From an uncultured delta proteobacterium (GTDB lineage: Bacteria > Desulfobacterota > Desulfomonilia > UBA1062), in the NCBI GenBank assembly GCA_963798485.1, contig CAWCTR010000009.1:1-64000 (forward strand): a stretch of DNA of 64,000 nt, given 5' to 3'. Both the position numbers and the translations under genes were made by a program. This document shows, piece after piece, positions 22,526 through 32,559 of this stretch. Within the stretch, counting starts at the first letter, position 1. Each line of letters starts with the position of its first letter. The notes under the pieces were generated by a model. It worked only from the letters and a program-made list of their open reading frames with translations. It had not been told where the DNA came from and did not search any database.

Positions 22526-23098
22526 TCAGTTATTACCTGCTCTTCTGCGGAACGTGGCCAGTCCAATCAATCCGCAGCCTAAGAAAAGAAGGGTCGCAGG
22601 CTCTGGGACAGGGGCGGAAGAAGGGGTTTTATCAGTATAATCAGCGTTCAGGGTTGAGCTTAAAAGCCAGAAATCTCCAGATGTGCAGGTGAGGGTTATA
22701 GTGAGTTTGCCATCCGCTTGTAATTGTGAAAGGGCGGTTACAAGATTCACCGTGCTGCCATCATCAATCTCAAGCTTCTGTACTATTGGTACTCCATCTG
22801 CAGTCAGCGAAACCAACTCGTCGAAATTCCAAAATAAAACCTGACCATCAATACCAAGCTCATTATCGTAAATTCCGAAAGTAATGCTGGCCGAATTAAT
22901 CTGGTCACCGATGCTAAACCCATTATTACCAAGGATATTATGGGTATATGTTATCGAATTATTGCTTGAAATACTGTCGCTGCCATTTAAATAAACACCC
23001 TGAAAAGTTATGACATCCGTTATCGGAACCGCCCACGCAGCCCCTGCCAGCATACAAATTACCATTGCAGTTGTTATAATTGATAGTACCCTCTTCAT
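22526..23098 (-). CDS. PEP-CTERM sorting domain protein
   Basis: Signal peptide; C-terminal VPEPATLLFLGCGLIGLATFRRR. Confidence 0.93.
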   Translation of the reverse strand: MKRVLSIITTAMVICMLAGAAWAVPITDVITFQGVYLNGSDSISSNNSITYTHNILGNNGFSIGDQINSASITFGIYDNELGIDGQVLFWNFDELVSLTADGVPIVQKLEIDDGSTVNLVTALSQLQADGKLTITLTCTSGDFWLLSSTLNADYTDKTPSSAPVPEPATLLFLGCGLIGLATFRRRAGNN

Positions 23099-23140
23099 AA
23101 GAACATACCTCCACTTCATATATTACACGAAAAATAAATT

Positions 23141-23155
23141 GCAATTCATATACCA
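23141..23155 (-). promoter_or_regulatory. Sigma54 promoter of the PEP-CTERM gene
   Basis: Minus strand TGGTAT-ATGAA-TTGC. Confidence 0.75.
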
Positions 23156-23218
23156 GTTTTAATTATCACATATTATCATATAGTTATTAACAATGCCTCT
23201 TGGAATATACCTCCTAGG

Positions 23219-23436
23219 TGTAAAATCCGTCGACAGGTGTGCACCTCGAAATAATCTTTCACTCAAACGGCAATCATACAATTTTTTACTAATACAGCAT
23301 TCATTTATTTAAAAATTGTTCAATTAACATTAAGATTATTAAGGGATTTTCCCCAGTGTTCGGTCTTGAATGAACACTGCATGAGAGGGCGATAGAGGAA
23401 AAAACGATACAATGAAAGGTGTCGGATTTCTTTACA
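23219..23436. promoter_or_regulatory. Two PEP-CTERM/PrsR-type enhancer boxes (TGT-N11-ACA)
   Basis: TGTAAAATCCGTCGACA (23219-23235) and TGTCGGATTTCTTTACA (23420-23436). Confidence 0.7.
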
Positions 23437-23460
23437 CCCTGTTAAGATTTATCAGGTTCC

Positions 23461-23790
23461 CTAATGCTGAAACTTCGAGATAAACCGTTTATCGATGAAG
23501 TCTTTAAGCCTGAAGGCCCACCTTCCCTTCAATACCAGCGGGCTGCGGACAAATATCCCCCTGCCGTCGCCGAGGTTGAGGATGAGCAGATATCTCTTCC
23601 GGGGTATAAACTCCATCAACTGTTCCCCTTTGAGGCGGGCCTGTATATTATGCAAGAGAATGGGCGCCTCCCGGACGGCATATACCCCAACCATATCGAG
23701 GGGCATATCTCTGAAGGTTATACAGTCACCTCCCCCGTAGATATCAGGGTGAGAAGTGCTTTGCAGTTTGTTGTTTACCCCACCTTGTCC
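23461..23790 (-). pseudogene. 5'-truncated FAD-dependent pyridine nucleotide-disulfide oxidoreductase (C-terminal part)
   Basis: In-frame upstream extension reads VNNKLQSTSHPDIYGGGDC, then VYAVREAPIL...YLLILNLGDG...LKDFIDKRF; the N-terminal part is absent. Confidence 0.75.
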
Positions 23791-23800
23791 CTCTATTTCT

Positions 23801-24793
23801 CTATTTCTCTATTGCACCCTGGCATGATGATCCTGAGCCTGCCGTGCAGGAGAAGCAGTGATTGCCGGTGACGATCTTCCGGTTCATCAATCTTCTATAA
23901 TCAAAAGTATCAATATGGCTTGAGCCGCCGCAATCCACGGGCATATCCAGCATCTGGTTAAAGTCACAATCATACAAACAGCCGTCCCACCCTACGGACA
24001 GTGTGTTCCGGCACATGACGCAATGAACGGTTGAAGGGTTGAATGAGGTAAACAGGGCCCCCATGTAATCTTCGAAGTTCTCAGACCGGATGAGATACTC
24101 AAGATACCTTCCTGTGGGTGAGTTGACCAGGCAATACAGTGCATTGAACACGATGCCATGCTCGCTTTTCAGCCTGGTTTTGTATTCATATTCCAATGCC
24201 TGCTGAGACCCTGGAAGATAGGCGCCGACCGGGTTATAGACAAGGTCCAGGACCAAGCCGCTGCCTTGCCTGCCATACCCTCTGTCGTTCAACAGCCGCA
24301 TTACCTCTATGATACGACTGAAAACACCATTACCCCTCTGAGCGTTTACCCGTTCTTCATGGTAATCAGGCATGGATGCAACAATCTCAACACAATTATC
24401 CGTATAGAGATCAATCAAAGGCTTATAGGGTTCATCGAGAAGGATCACCAGGTTTGTCCGAACCATGAGCCGCCGGTTCAGCCTGGCGGCTTCTTGTATA
24501 AACCATGGGAGCTCCGGATTCATCTCCGGTGCGCCTCCGGTGATATCTATAGTTCCGATGGGATGTTCCGAAAGCACTTCGAGGCATTTCGCAAAAACCC
24601 GCCTGCTCATCATTTCCGGCCGATCCGGACCGGCCTCAACATGGCAGTGCTTGCATGAGAGATTGCAGCGCCTGCCCACGTTCACCTGGAGTATGTCGAG
24701 CGTGTCTGCATGTAAAGGAGCATTGATCCTTCCATGAAACGAAATCTTCAGGGGGTTGTTATTGAGTCGTTCTCTTTGTTCAGTAGAGGTCAT
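23801..24793 (-). CDS. ArsS-like radical SAM/Cys-rich protein (DUF3641)
   Basis: QVNVGRRCNLSCKHCHV, DITGGAPE, YDCDFNQML, HCFSCTAGSGSSCQG. Confidence 0.88.
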   Translation of the reverse strand: MTSTEQRERLNNNPLKISFHGRINAPLHADTLDILQVNVGRRCNLSCKHCHVEAGPDRPEMMSRRVFAKCLEVLSEHPIGTIDITGGAPEMNPELPWFIQEAARLNRRLMVRTNLVILLDEPYKPLIDLYTDNCVEIVASMPDYHEERVNAQRGNGVFSRIIEVMRLLNDRGYGRQGSGLVLDLVYNPVGAYLPGSQQALEYEYKTRLKSEHGIVFNALYCLVNSPTGRYLEYLIRSENFEDYMGALFTSFNPSTVHCVMCRNTLSVGWDGCLYDCDFNQMLDMPVDCGGSSHIDTFDYRRLMNRKIVTGNHCFSCTAGSGSSCQGAIEK

Positions 24794-24794
24794 A

Positions 24795-25130
24795 CTACAT
24801 TTCCTTTTTCTTGATAATCTTCCTCATCTGGGTGGAATGGGCCAGGACATCGCCTGCCGTCATGGCCGCTCCAACGTGTACGGCTTCCATCATTTCATCA
24901 TTGGAAACCCCTAACGACAGGCATTTATTCGTGTAGACGTCAATGCAATATGGGCAATGCCTCACCGTTGCCACCGTAAGGGCGATCAATGACTTTTCCC
25001 GCTCGGTGAGCACCCCCACCCCGGTTGCCTTGGCGTAATATTCAAAGAACTTTGAACCTTGTTCAGGGGCATACTCGGTTATATTCGGAAAATCTGCAAG
25101 ATCCTTGGGTTCATAGTAATTGTCCGCCAT
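24795..25130 (-). CDS. AhpD/CMD-family peroxidase-like partner of the ArsS-like radical SAM
   Basis: LTEREKSLIAL...CPYCID...MMEAVHV. Confidence 0.85.
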   Translation of the reverse strand: MADNYYEPKDLADFPNITEYAPEQGSKFFEYYAKATGVGVLTEREKSLIALTVATVRHCPYCIDVYTNKCLSLGVSNDEMMEAVHVGAAMTAGDVLAHSTQMRKIIKKKEM

Positions 25131-25247
25131 ATTAAATATCCTCCGTTCATAATTTATGGGTATGTGAAACATCCACCTGGTTTATCTGATTCCATCCTTT
25201 ATTATCACATAACCGTATAACTTTGTATGGAAGTATAATTCCGACAT

Positions 25248-26534
25248 ATGTTAGGAAAGCAACCTATGAATCAATTTAAAGCAACCTTAAGGGCGCTGCG
25301 GTCCAGGAATTACCAACTTTTTTTCGGGGGCCAGGGCGTGTCTCTCATGGGGACATGGATGCAGCAGACAGCCATGAGCTGGCTTGTATACCGGCTCACC
25401 GGATCCGCCATGATCCTCGGTCTTATCGGGTTCACCTCACAGATCCCCATGTTTGTGTTTTCCCCCATTGCAGGCGTCTACGCCGACCGCCTGAACCGCT
25501 ACCGCATGGTTATTGCCACGCAATTCTGTGCCATGCTGCAGGCCTTGGCACTTGCCTTTCTTGCCCTGACCGGCTTGATAGAGGTCTGGCATCTCTTTAT
25601 CCTGAGCTTTTTACTGGGCCTTATCAATTCCTTTGATATGCCCATCCGGCAATCGTTTGTCGTTGAGATGCTTGAGAGCAAGGCGGACCTTGGCAATGCT
25701 ATTGCGCTGAACTCCTTCCTCTTCAACGGCGCCAGGCTTTTAGGGCCATCCGTTGCGGGTGTCCTCATAGGCATGACCAGTGAAGGGACCTGTTTTCTTA
25801 TTAATGGCATCAGTTTCCTTGCCGTACTACTTGCCCTGTTGGCTATGAAGATCAAGCTGCGGGTAGTATCGAGGGCAAGGGATAGCATCATAAATGATCT
25901 GAAAGGCGGGTTTACCTATGTGCGGAATTTCATGCCCATCCGGTATATCTTGTTCAACCTTGCACTCATGAGCTTCGTAGGAATGCCCTATGCCGTTCTG
26001 ATGCCTGTCTTTGCAAAGGATATCCTTAAGGGGGGTCCTGAGACCCTCGGGTTCCTCATGGCTTCATCCGGCCTTGGCGCCATAGCAGGCGCCCTGTTCC
26101 TGGCATCGAGAAAGACTGTACTCGGGCTTGGACGACTCATTGTCATAGGGTCAAGCATGTTTGGGGCCGGTCTCATCTGTTTTGCAATGTCCAAGTCGAT
26201 CCTTCTATCAATGGTCATGTTGACCTTCACGGGATTCGGGATGATGGTGCAGATGGTCGCGAGCAACACGATCATCCAGACCATCGTTGATGATGAGATG
26301 AGGGGTCGGGTCATGAGCTTTTATGCCATGTCATTTGCCGGGACCATGCCTTTCGGCAGCCTTTATGCCGGATCGGTCGCCTCTTTCATCGGGGCACCGT
26401 GGACACTTATCATCAGCGGCATAGTCTGTATTGCAGTGGCATTATTATTTTTCAGGAGGCTCAAACCCATGCGTGAGGTCATACGACCCATCTACCATAA
26501 GATGGGTATCCTTCCAGGCTCACCCTGGCCTTGA
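25248..26534 (+). CDS. MFS transporter (MFS_3-like)
   Basis: RNYQLFFGGQGVSLMGTWMQ; multiple TM segments; MRGRVMSFY. Confidence 0.9.
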   Translation: MLGKQPMNQFKATLRALRSRNYQLFFGGQGVSLMGTWMQQTAMSWLVYRLTGSAMILGLIGFTSQIPMFVFSPIAGVYADRLNRYRMVIATQFCAMLQALALAFLALTGLIEVWHLFILSFLLGLINSFDMPIRQSFVVEMLESKADLGNAIALNSFLFNGARLLGPSVAGVLIGMTSEGTCFLINGISFLAVLLALLAMKIKLRVVSRARDSIINDLKGGFTYVRNFMPIRYILFNLALMSFVGMPYAVLMPVFAKDILKGGPETLGFLMASSGLGAIAGALFLASRKTVLGLGRLIVIGSSMFGAGLICFAMSKSILLSMVMLTFTGFGMMVQMVASNTIIQTIVDDEMRGRVMSFYAMSFAGTMPFGSLYAGSVASFIGAPWTLIISGIVCIAVALLFFRRLKPMREVIRPIYHKMGILPGSPWP

Positions 26535-26750
26535 ATCTTCCATGGCCCTGTAACCCGGCCTCATCGAAGATTATTATATATCCCCCCATAGGGTTTACGG
26601 TAAGCTGTTTATTCACCTTGAAGGTTGCAAGCGTTTTACCGTATGGTGTTTAAGGAGTTCTCTATGGATCCTAAAATGAGAGAATGGATGAAACAGGCCC
26701 TCAACCCTGCCTGGAGGAGGCCTGGTAATGATCAGAAGGGAGGTCCTACT

Positions 26751-27569
26751 ATGGACGATGGAGGCAAGGCACGATCGAAAATGGTTATTATCGGTATTAT
26801 TGTTGCAGCAATCGTCATTATCGCTGTCGCCGACCCCATTGCCATCATCCCTGCAGGTCATGTGGGAGTAAAGGATTTCTTCGGTTTTGTTTCATCAGAT
26901 ACGATGCCTTCGGGCTTAAGGCTTGTTGTCCCGTTTACCCGTGTAGTTGATATGTCGGTGCAGACCCAGGAGATAATGGAGAAGGCTGAGACCCCGTCCA
27001 GAGAAGGGCTCATTATCGACCTTGAAGTATCTCTTCTCTACCGGCTTGATCCGGATAAGGCTGCAGAGACCTATAAGAAAGTCGGCAGTGATTACGCGAA
27101 AGTGGTTGTCGAACCACAATTCAGGTCGGCCATACGCGAGATAACGGCATCCTACGACGCCAAATCGCTCTATTCCTCCGAACGCAACAAGATCGCCGGT
27201 GAGATGCAGAATATGTTTGTGCAGCTCACCAAAAGCAAGGGCGTGATATGTGATCAGGTCCTGTTAAGGAAGGTGGGGCTGCCGACTGTCATCGCGAACG
27301 CAATCCAGGAAAAGCTCAAGAGAGAGCAGGAGAGCGAGCAGATGAAATTTGTACTCCAGAAGGAACAGCAGGAGGCAGAACGCAAACGCATCGAGGCCCA
27401 GGGCATCACGGACTTCCAGAAGATCGTGTCCCAGGGCTTAAACCCTCAACTCCTCGAATGGAAGGGGATTGAGGCCACAGAAAAACTCGCTAATAGTCCT
27501 AATGCCAAGATCGTGGTCATTGGAAACACAAAAAATGGCCTACCCCTTATCCTTGGTGGAGAAAAGTAA
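26751..27569 (+). CDS. Prohibitin/SPFH domain protein
   Basis: N-terminal TM, AGHVGV, EAERKRIEAQG; start reset after GGAGG. Confidence 0.9.
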   Translation: MDDGGKARSKMVIIGIIVAAIVIIAVADPIAIIPAGHVGVKDFFGFVSSDTMPSGLRLVVPFTRVVDMSVQTQEIMEKAETPSREGLIIDLEVSLLYRLDPDKAAETYKKVGSDYAKVVVEPQFRSAIREITASYDAKSLYSSERNKIAGEMQNMFVQLTKSKGVICDQVLLRKVGLPTVIANAIQEKLKREQESEQMKFVLQKEQQEAERKRIEAQGITDFQKIVSQGLNPQLLEWKGIEATEKLANSPNAKIVVIGNTKNGLPLILGGEK

Positions 27570-27611
27570 CACCTTCAAGCATATAATGAAAAAGAGAGGG
27601 TGCCCTATTGG

Positions 27612-27851
27612 CTAATCCTCTCTTTGTATTGCCTCCAACTTGAGTAAGTTGATATCGGTCTTTGGCTGATATTTGTGGATCAGTTCACCGATTGCCTCAT
27701 TCACAAGAAGAGAAAGCTCTTTTCCCGTCAACGCGGAAAGAACAGTAAGGGCCTTTGCATACCGCTCTTCTATATAATAATTCCTTTTTATAAGCTTTGT
27801 ATTCTTACCATTGTTTCTCAGATCAAGCGGTTTTCTTCCTCTGGTAGCCAT
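27612..27851 (-). CDS. Small putative DNA-binding protein (ribbon-helix-helix-like)
   Basis: KRNYYIEE strand followed by two helices (ELSLLVNEAIGELIHKY); GAGGG RBS. Confidence 0.55.
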   Translation of the reverse strand: MATRGRKPLDLRNNGKNTKLIKRNYYIEERYAKALTVLSALTGKELSLLVNEAIGELIHKYQPKTDINLLKLEAIQRED

Positions 27852-28035
27852 ATTTCCCTCACTTTTCTTTTTTTTAATTCTTGTCTGTTATTCTATTCAC
27901 ACAATTTTAGATGATAAGACTCTGATACCGATTCATATATCAGTATTTTTCAAAGAGCAAGTATGTAAAAGCCTGCGTACTAAGACTCATACCACTATGA
28001 TTCAAGAATACCCGTTATCATTAGGTAATGATTTT

Positions 28036-28938
28036 TTAGAAGAAGTACCCAACCCTCACATCTAACTCGTTGACGAACAGTTGCAGATCATCATTAATCG
28101 CCGACTTATACTCTGCAGACATCACAATTTTTTTTGTGATCATCTTCCCGACAGTTACGTCAAAGGGTATAAAGTATTTGTCCTTTTCCCAATCATAGCG
28201 GCATTCGGGGGCAAAGGTCAGAAACCATCGGTCAGGGAGATTGATGTTGAACATAGGCTGGATAATGGTCTGGTTTATATGTGAAAAGCCGCTATAACCT
28301 GCCACATCAACAGCTTGCCGTGCCATCACCCCGAACCAGGCCCCTTCCATCCAGCTATTCATATCGTACTTAAACCCTGCAGAGGGCACGAGCTGGTACC
28401 TTCCCGTTCCCAACTCTTTTTTCGATGCAGATGGCGGGATATACTGCGCGCCAACAACATATGTCCACTTATCCTTTGCCGGGGCGATGAACAATGCCTC
28501 GGTCAGAACTTCCGCGAAACCTCGTTCTTTTGTGCCCTCTGAATTATATATATTGACCCCGTTGGTCCATGTATAAGGGAGTTCGGCGCGAAGAGACAAC
28601 TTCCAGCCTCTCCTTAACTCCAGCGGCAACCCTGCGCGCAAGGTGACGGAATCACCCCATGAACTTCCGGTCATATCATCGTATCTTTCAAGCACTTCAA
28701 CCCGGCGGACAGGCCTGGTAAAGTCCTGGCCATTGTTGAGCCCTTCCTCTTTTGCCGAATCCTGGGTGCTGTCGATCGCCTCTTTCTTGGTAATATCCGG
28801 TGGCAGGCTTATGGCCTCTTGGGTTTTCGTAACGCCCTGCGGTTTGTTGATTTCCTCATCTGCAGCCCACAAAGGCGTGACGCCAAGTATAATCAGTATG
28901 CAAAAAACAGTTATGGGCATTTTTAATAATGATTTCAT
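28036..28938 (-). CDS. Exported protein, probable outer-membrane beta-barrel
   Basis: Signal peptide, amphipathic aromatic strands, C-terminal VGYFF. Confidence 0.65.
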   Translation of the reverse strand: MKSLLKMPITVFCILIILGVTPLWAADEEINKPQGVTKTQEAISLPPDITKKEAIDSTQDSAKEEGLNNGQDFTRPVRRVEVLERYDDMTGSSWGDSVTLRAGLPLELRRGWKLSLRAELPYTWTNGVNIYNSEGTKERGFAEVLTEALFIAPAKDKWTYVVGAQYIPPSASKKELGTGRYQLVPSAGFKYDMNSWMEGAWFGVMARQAVDVAGYSGFSHINQTIIQPMFNINLPDRWFLTFAPECRYDWEKDKYFIPFDVTVGKMITKKIVMSAEYKSAINDDLQLFVNELDVRVGYFF

Positions 28939-29123
28939 CTATCCTCTCCTCTTGCTGAAAGAAACTAACTTTCCATGAATAGTATGGGTTTATTTAGCAA
29001 GTACTTAATCGTTATACAAGATCTTCACAATATAACCATAATCATAAATACCAGAGGAAGATTGTTATTATACATGCAAATTTCTCTATTGTCCCCTGAT
29101 TCATTTGCCGATAATGAGAGTGC

Positions 29124-30461
29124 ATGGAAACTATGTTCAAGATTGAGGAGTTCCCCTTTCCTCTGGTGATGATGGATGTCGTCGAATCCCAGTTCACCGG
29201 GATAATATTCGTCTCAACAGCCCAGTGGAAAAAGGGCCTCATCTTCAAAAACGGCAGCCTATGCGCTATTCAATCCAACAGGACCGATGAATTACTAGGC
29301 AACATCCTTGTAGGTATGGGCATCATTTCCGAGGACGAGAACACACTCTCATTGAATACTGCCCGTCTGGAACGGAGGAAGCAGGGGGTCATCCTCCTGG
29401 AGATGGGGCTCGTCCAGCCCATGGAGATCAACGAGGCGCTCAGAATCCAGACAGAAAAGCGTTTCCTGGACATCTTCTCATGGGAAAGCGGCACTATCCA
29501 AAAGGTCCATAAAGATGAGATCAATAAACCCCCCGAGCTCAGCAATATCGATATGGCCCGCCTCATCCGTAAGGGCGTGATGGAGTACACCCAGTTCTCC
29601 GGTATTATAACCGCGCTCTCCCCTTTTGCAGACGCCGTTCCCAAGGTGATGGTGGATACCCTGCCTGGGGATATCGGCATCGATCTGGATGATATAGGCC
29701 AGTACAAGGTCTCTGAGATACTCCTTTTGGGGCAGGATCCCTCACGGGCGCTGCTCAGCCTCTACTGCACAGGAGATGTCAGCTTTGAGGAAAGTAAGTT
29801 TAAGGCCATCATTGACACGCTCAGACAAAAACTGAAGGCAATCAAGGACCAGGATCAATTCCAGGTCATGGGTGTGGACAGTCAGATTTCAGAGAACGGC
29901 CTGAAGAGAGCCTATATAAAGATCGTCAAGGCCAATCACCCGGACACCTATGCCTATGCCGACGACCCCGAGGTGAAGCGTCTGGCGAACGAGATCTTCA
30001 CCGAGATCCAGAAGGCCTACACGCGCATCAATAAATTCCGTGAGGGCAAGCCGGTTGAAGAGCCACAAGGCATCGACGAGAGTCTCCAGGCAGAAATACT
30101 GTTCAGCAAGGCGACAGAGCTCTTAAAGGCAAGGGACTATGAGGGCGCTATAGATTACTTCAAGCTCTGCGTTAAGATGAGACCTGATGAAAGGCTCTTT
30201 GTCGAATCGTATGTGAAGACCTTGTTCTTAAGGCTTCAGAATACAGGTGCAGGCAACCCTTTAGAGATCAAGTCGTCCATACGCGAAGGGCTGAATCGCT
30301 TTGCCAACTCGGACACACTCTGGGTAATCTACGGGTGGGTTTTGAAGAAGGAAGGGTCTCGGAAAGCCATTGAAGCTTTTCAGAAGGCCCTGGAGATCAA
30401 CAAGAACAACATCGACGCCCAGCGGGAGCTGCGCTTGCACCAGATGCGGGAAAGCCGGTAG
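29124..30461 (+). CDS. DUF4388-like + DnaJ domain + TPR protein
   Basis: LLGNILV/QGVILLEMG N-domain; AYIKIVKANHPD J-domain; C-terminal TPRs. Confidence 0.8.
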   Translation: METMFKIEEFPFPLVMMDVVESQFTGIIFVSTAQWKKGLIFKNGSLCAIQSNRTDELLGNILVGMGIISEDENTLSLNTARLERRKQGVILLEMGLVQPMEINEALRIQTEKRFLDIFSWESGTIQKVHKDEINKPPELSNIDMARLIRKGVMEYTQFSGIITALSPFADAVPKVMVDTLPGDIGIDLDDIGQYKVSEILLLGQDPSRALLSLYCTGDVSFEESKFKAIIDTLRQKLKAIKDQDQFQVMGVDSQISENGLKRAYIKIVKANHPDTYAYADDPEVKRLANEIFTEIQKAYTRINKFREGKPVEEPQGIDESLQAEILFSKATELLKARDYEGAIDYFKLCVKMRPDERLFVESYVKTLFLRLQNTGAGNPLEIKSSIREGLNRFANSDTLWVIYGWVLKKEGSRKAIEAFQKALEINKNNIDAQRELRLHQMRESR

Positions 30462-30514
30462 CCCTACCGGATCGAGCGCAACAATAAGAATCCGTTCATC
30501 CCTATTATGTTTTC

Positions 30515-30778
30515 TTAAGATAAAAATGAAACCATCGTTGGTTTTGGAGGAGGAACGGCCACTTTCAGCACCTTTAGGCGTGAACCGAGGTGTTTCACTT
30601 TGCGGTCAATCTCGTGTAACCTCTTTTTGCCGTAGATGTATTCCGCATTCTCCGAACGGTCACCTTCAGCTGCGGCGTCGGCAACCCCCTGCACAACCTT
30701 AGGGCGTTCCACTTTCCAGAGGTAGTCATATTCATCACGCAGTTTCTTCAAGCCATCTGCAGAAATCAGATTCGTCAT
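30515..30778 (-). pseudogene. greB: GreB/GreA elongation factor, C-terminally truncated
   Basis: YLWKVERP, AAAEGDRSENAEY; stops after ~87 aa, so the C-terminal domain is missing. Confidence 0.8.
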
Positions 30779-30791
30779 TGACAATTTAAAT

Positions 30792-32519
30792 TCACAATCT
30801 TCTCAATTCATATAAATAATATTGTTCATCAGACTGGATAACATCACCCTTAAAATCCTTTATTTTTATTAATGCAATATCATTATTTATTCTTGTCTTA
30901 TTTATGGGAACTTTATTATATATCAGTTCAAAGTTAAGAATTAAAAGTACATTTTTATTGTTATTCTTTATAAAATCTATGCCCTTTGTTAACACTGCTT
31001 CAATATTCAATTTTGAGTCCCTGTTAGGATGATAATAATCATAAATCTTACAAAATTTATTCATCTGAGGTATGTAAATATCCCTATTTAATATTTGAGC
31101 TATCGGCAAAACAGCATAATCGTATGCACCCATTAAAATATAATCATTATATTTACAATTTTTAATAAAATTAGCTGCATCCCATGATTTAGTAAATTGA
31201 TACTTAATACTTTTAGAGTAAGTTAAAATCCCACTAACAAATTGTATAAAGAATATAAAAGTAACCAGAAACACAAATAGTTTTTCGACGTTTTTCTTGT
31301 TAATTGAAGTTCGGTCAGGTTTTACCAACTTAAAATTATGGAGTTTAACATCATCATCTGAATACTTATAAAGCCAACAACAGTAAACAAAAATTAAAAA
31401 TAGTAAGCCCAAGTATCTTATGAAATATATTCTAACAAAGAAGTGAATGAATACAAAGTACAAAATAGTGTTAAATAAAAATGTTATAAGAATAGGTAAT
31501 TTTTTTGAAAATATAAATAAACAAGTTAAGATAATTAGAATAGACATAATGAATGTAAATATGTTGCCTATAGATATCAACTGGTATACATTATAATCTT
31601 GGGTACCATATCCAGTAGGAAAAGGAAAAATGTTGGTATTCCAAAAAGCAGCACCACTTGACAATTTTGGTATAGGTATATAAGACGTCCAGATTGTTCT
31701 AATAGTCATGAAATATGGTGCACTTTTACTTCCCATAAGAGTGTAGCCCTGTTCGATGAGAACATAATAATATTGTATAAAAAGTAGGACACAACCAATT
31801 CCAAAAATAATAGCTGCTGTAGTAATTTGATTTTTTTCTTCAGATTTGTATATATTTGTCCTAAAACCAGTGATAATTTGAATTAATAAATATAGAAATA
31901 GACTACCACTAAATATTGCAGCACTTATGTTGTGATTTGCAAGGATAAGGAGCAAAATGCTGATCAGAATATAATTTTTCTTTTGTCTCGTCAGTAAATA
32001 CGTAATACTAAATAATAGTAAGACAAAGAAACCATACCATCTAGATATAATTCCATATTCAAATAACACGAAATAACTAAATGTGAAAAGAAATTTTTGA
32101 ACATAGTTAAAATTTGAAAATCTGTTAAAAATATAAATTGCTGTCGTTATAATGATCAAATGATATATTTGAAATACTTTGAAGGAAGGTATTAAATGCA
32201 AAATTATATGCATGATGCCATAATATAACAGGAAATTAGGTTCCAGACCCCCTGACGGACCATTATATTTTAAAAAATTATTATAAAAGGTTTTTGCATA
32301 ACCATCGAGTTCATCTCTCCATAATTCGTGATAGTACATGCCGATAACAATACATAAGAAATAGATCAGCGTAATTATGATAGGGAAGTATTTTTTCACC
32401 GGATCGAATCTTTGTGAGATGATGTTTAGAAGTTTATAACTTGGCTCGATATTCTTATTCGACTTTAAAATTTCATCAGACGAAGGTTTTATCTTTTTTT
32501 TTCTGCTTTTTATGCCCAT
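30792..32519 (-). CDS. Polytopic membrane protein, putative GT-C glycosyltransferase
   Basis: HELWRDE after first TM, FEYGIISRWY, many TMs; AT-rich. Confidence 0.6.
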   Translation of the reverse strand: MGIKSRKKKIKPSSDEILKSNKNIEPSYKLLNIISQRFDPVKKYFPIIITLIYFLCIVIGMYYHELWRDELDGYAKTFYNNFLKYNGPSGGLEPNFLLYYGIMHIILHLIPSFKVFQIYHLIIITTAIYIFNRFSNFNYVQKFLFTFSYFVLFEYGIISRWYGFFVLLLFSITYLLTRQKKNYILISILLLILANHNISAAIFSGSLFLYLLIQIITGFRTNIYKSEEKNQITTAAIIFGIGCVLLFIQYYYVLIEQGYTLMGSKSAPYFMTIRTIWTSYIPIPKLSSGAAFWNTNIFPFPTGYGTQDYNVYQLISIGNIFTFIMSILIILTCLFIFSKKLPILITFLFNTILYFVFIHFFVRIYFIRYLGLLFLIFVYCCWLYKYSDDDVKLHNFKLVKPDRTSINKKNVEKLFVFLVTFIFFIQFVSGILTYSKSIKYQFTKSWDAANFIKNCKYNDYILMGAYDYAVLPIAQILNRDIYIPQMNKFCKIYDYYHPNRDSKLNIEAVLTKGIDFIKNNNKNVLLILNFELIYNKVPINKTRINNDIALIKIKDFKGDVIQSDEQYYLYELRRL

Positions 32520-32559
32520 GTCATTATCCTCTTATATCTATCCTAATATTTATAGTTAT

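Noticed and set aside
23801-24793. Selenocysteine recoding in the ArsS-like protein
   Set aside because: C-terminal motif is Cys-encoded (SSCQG) and the gene ends in TAG.
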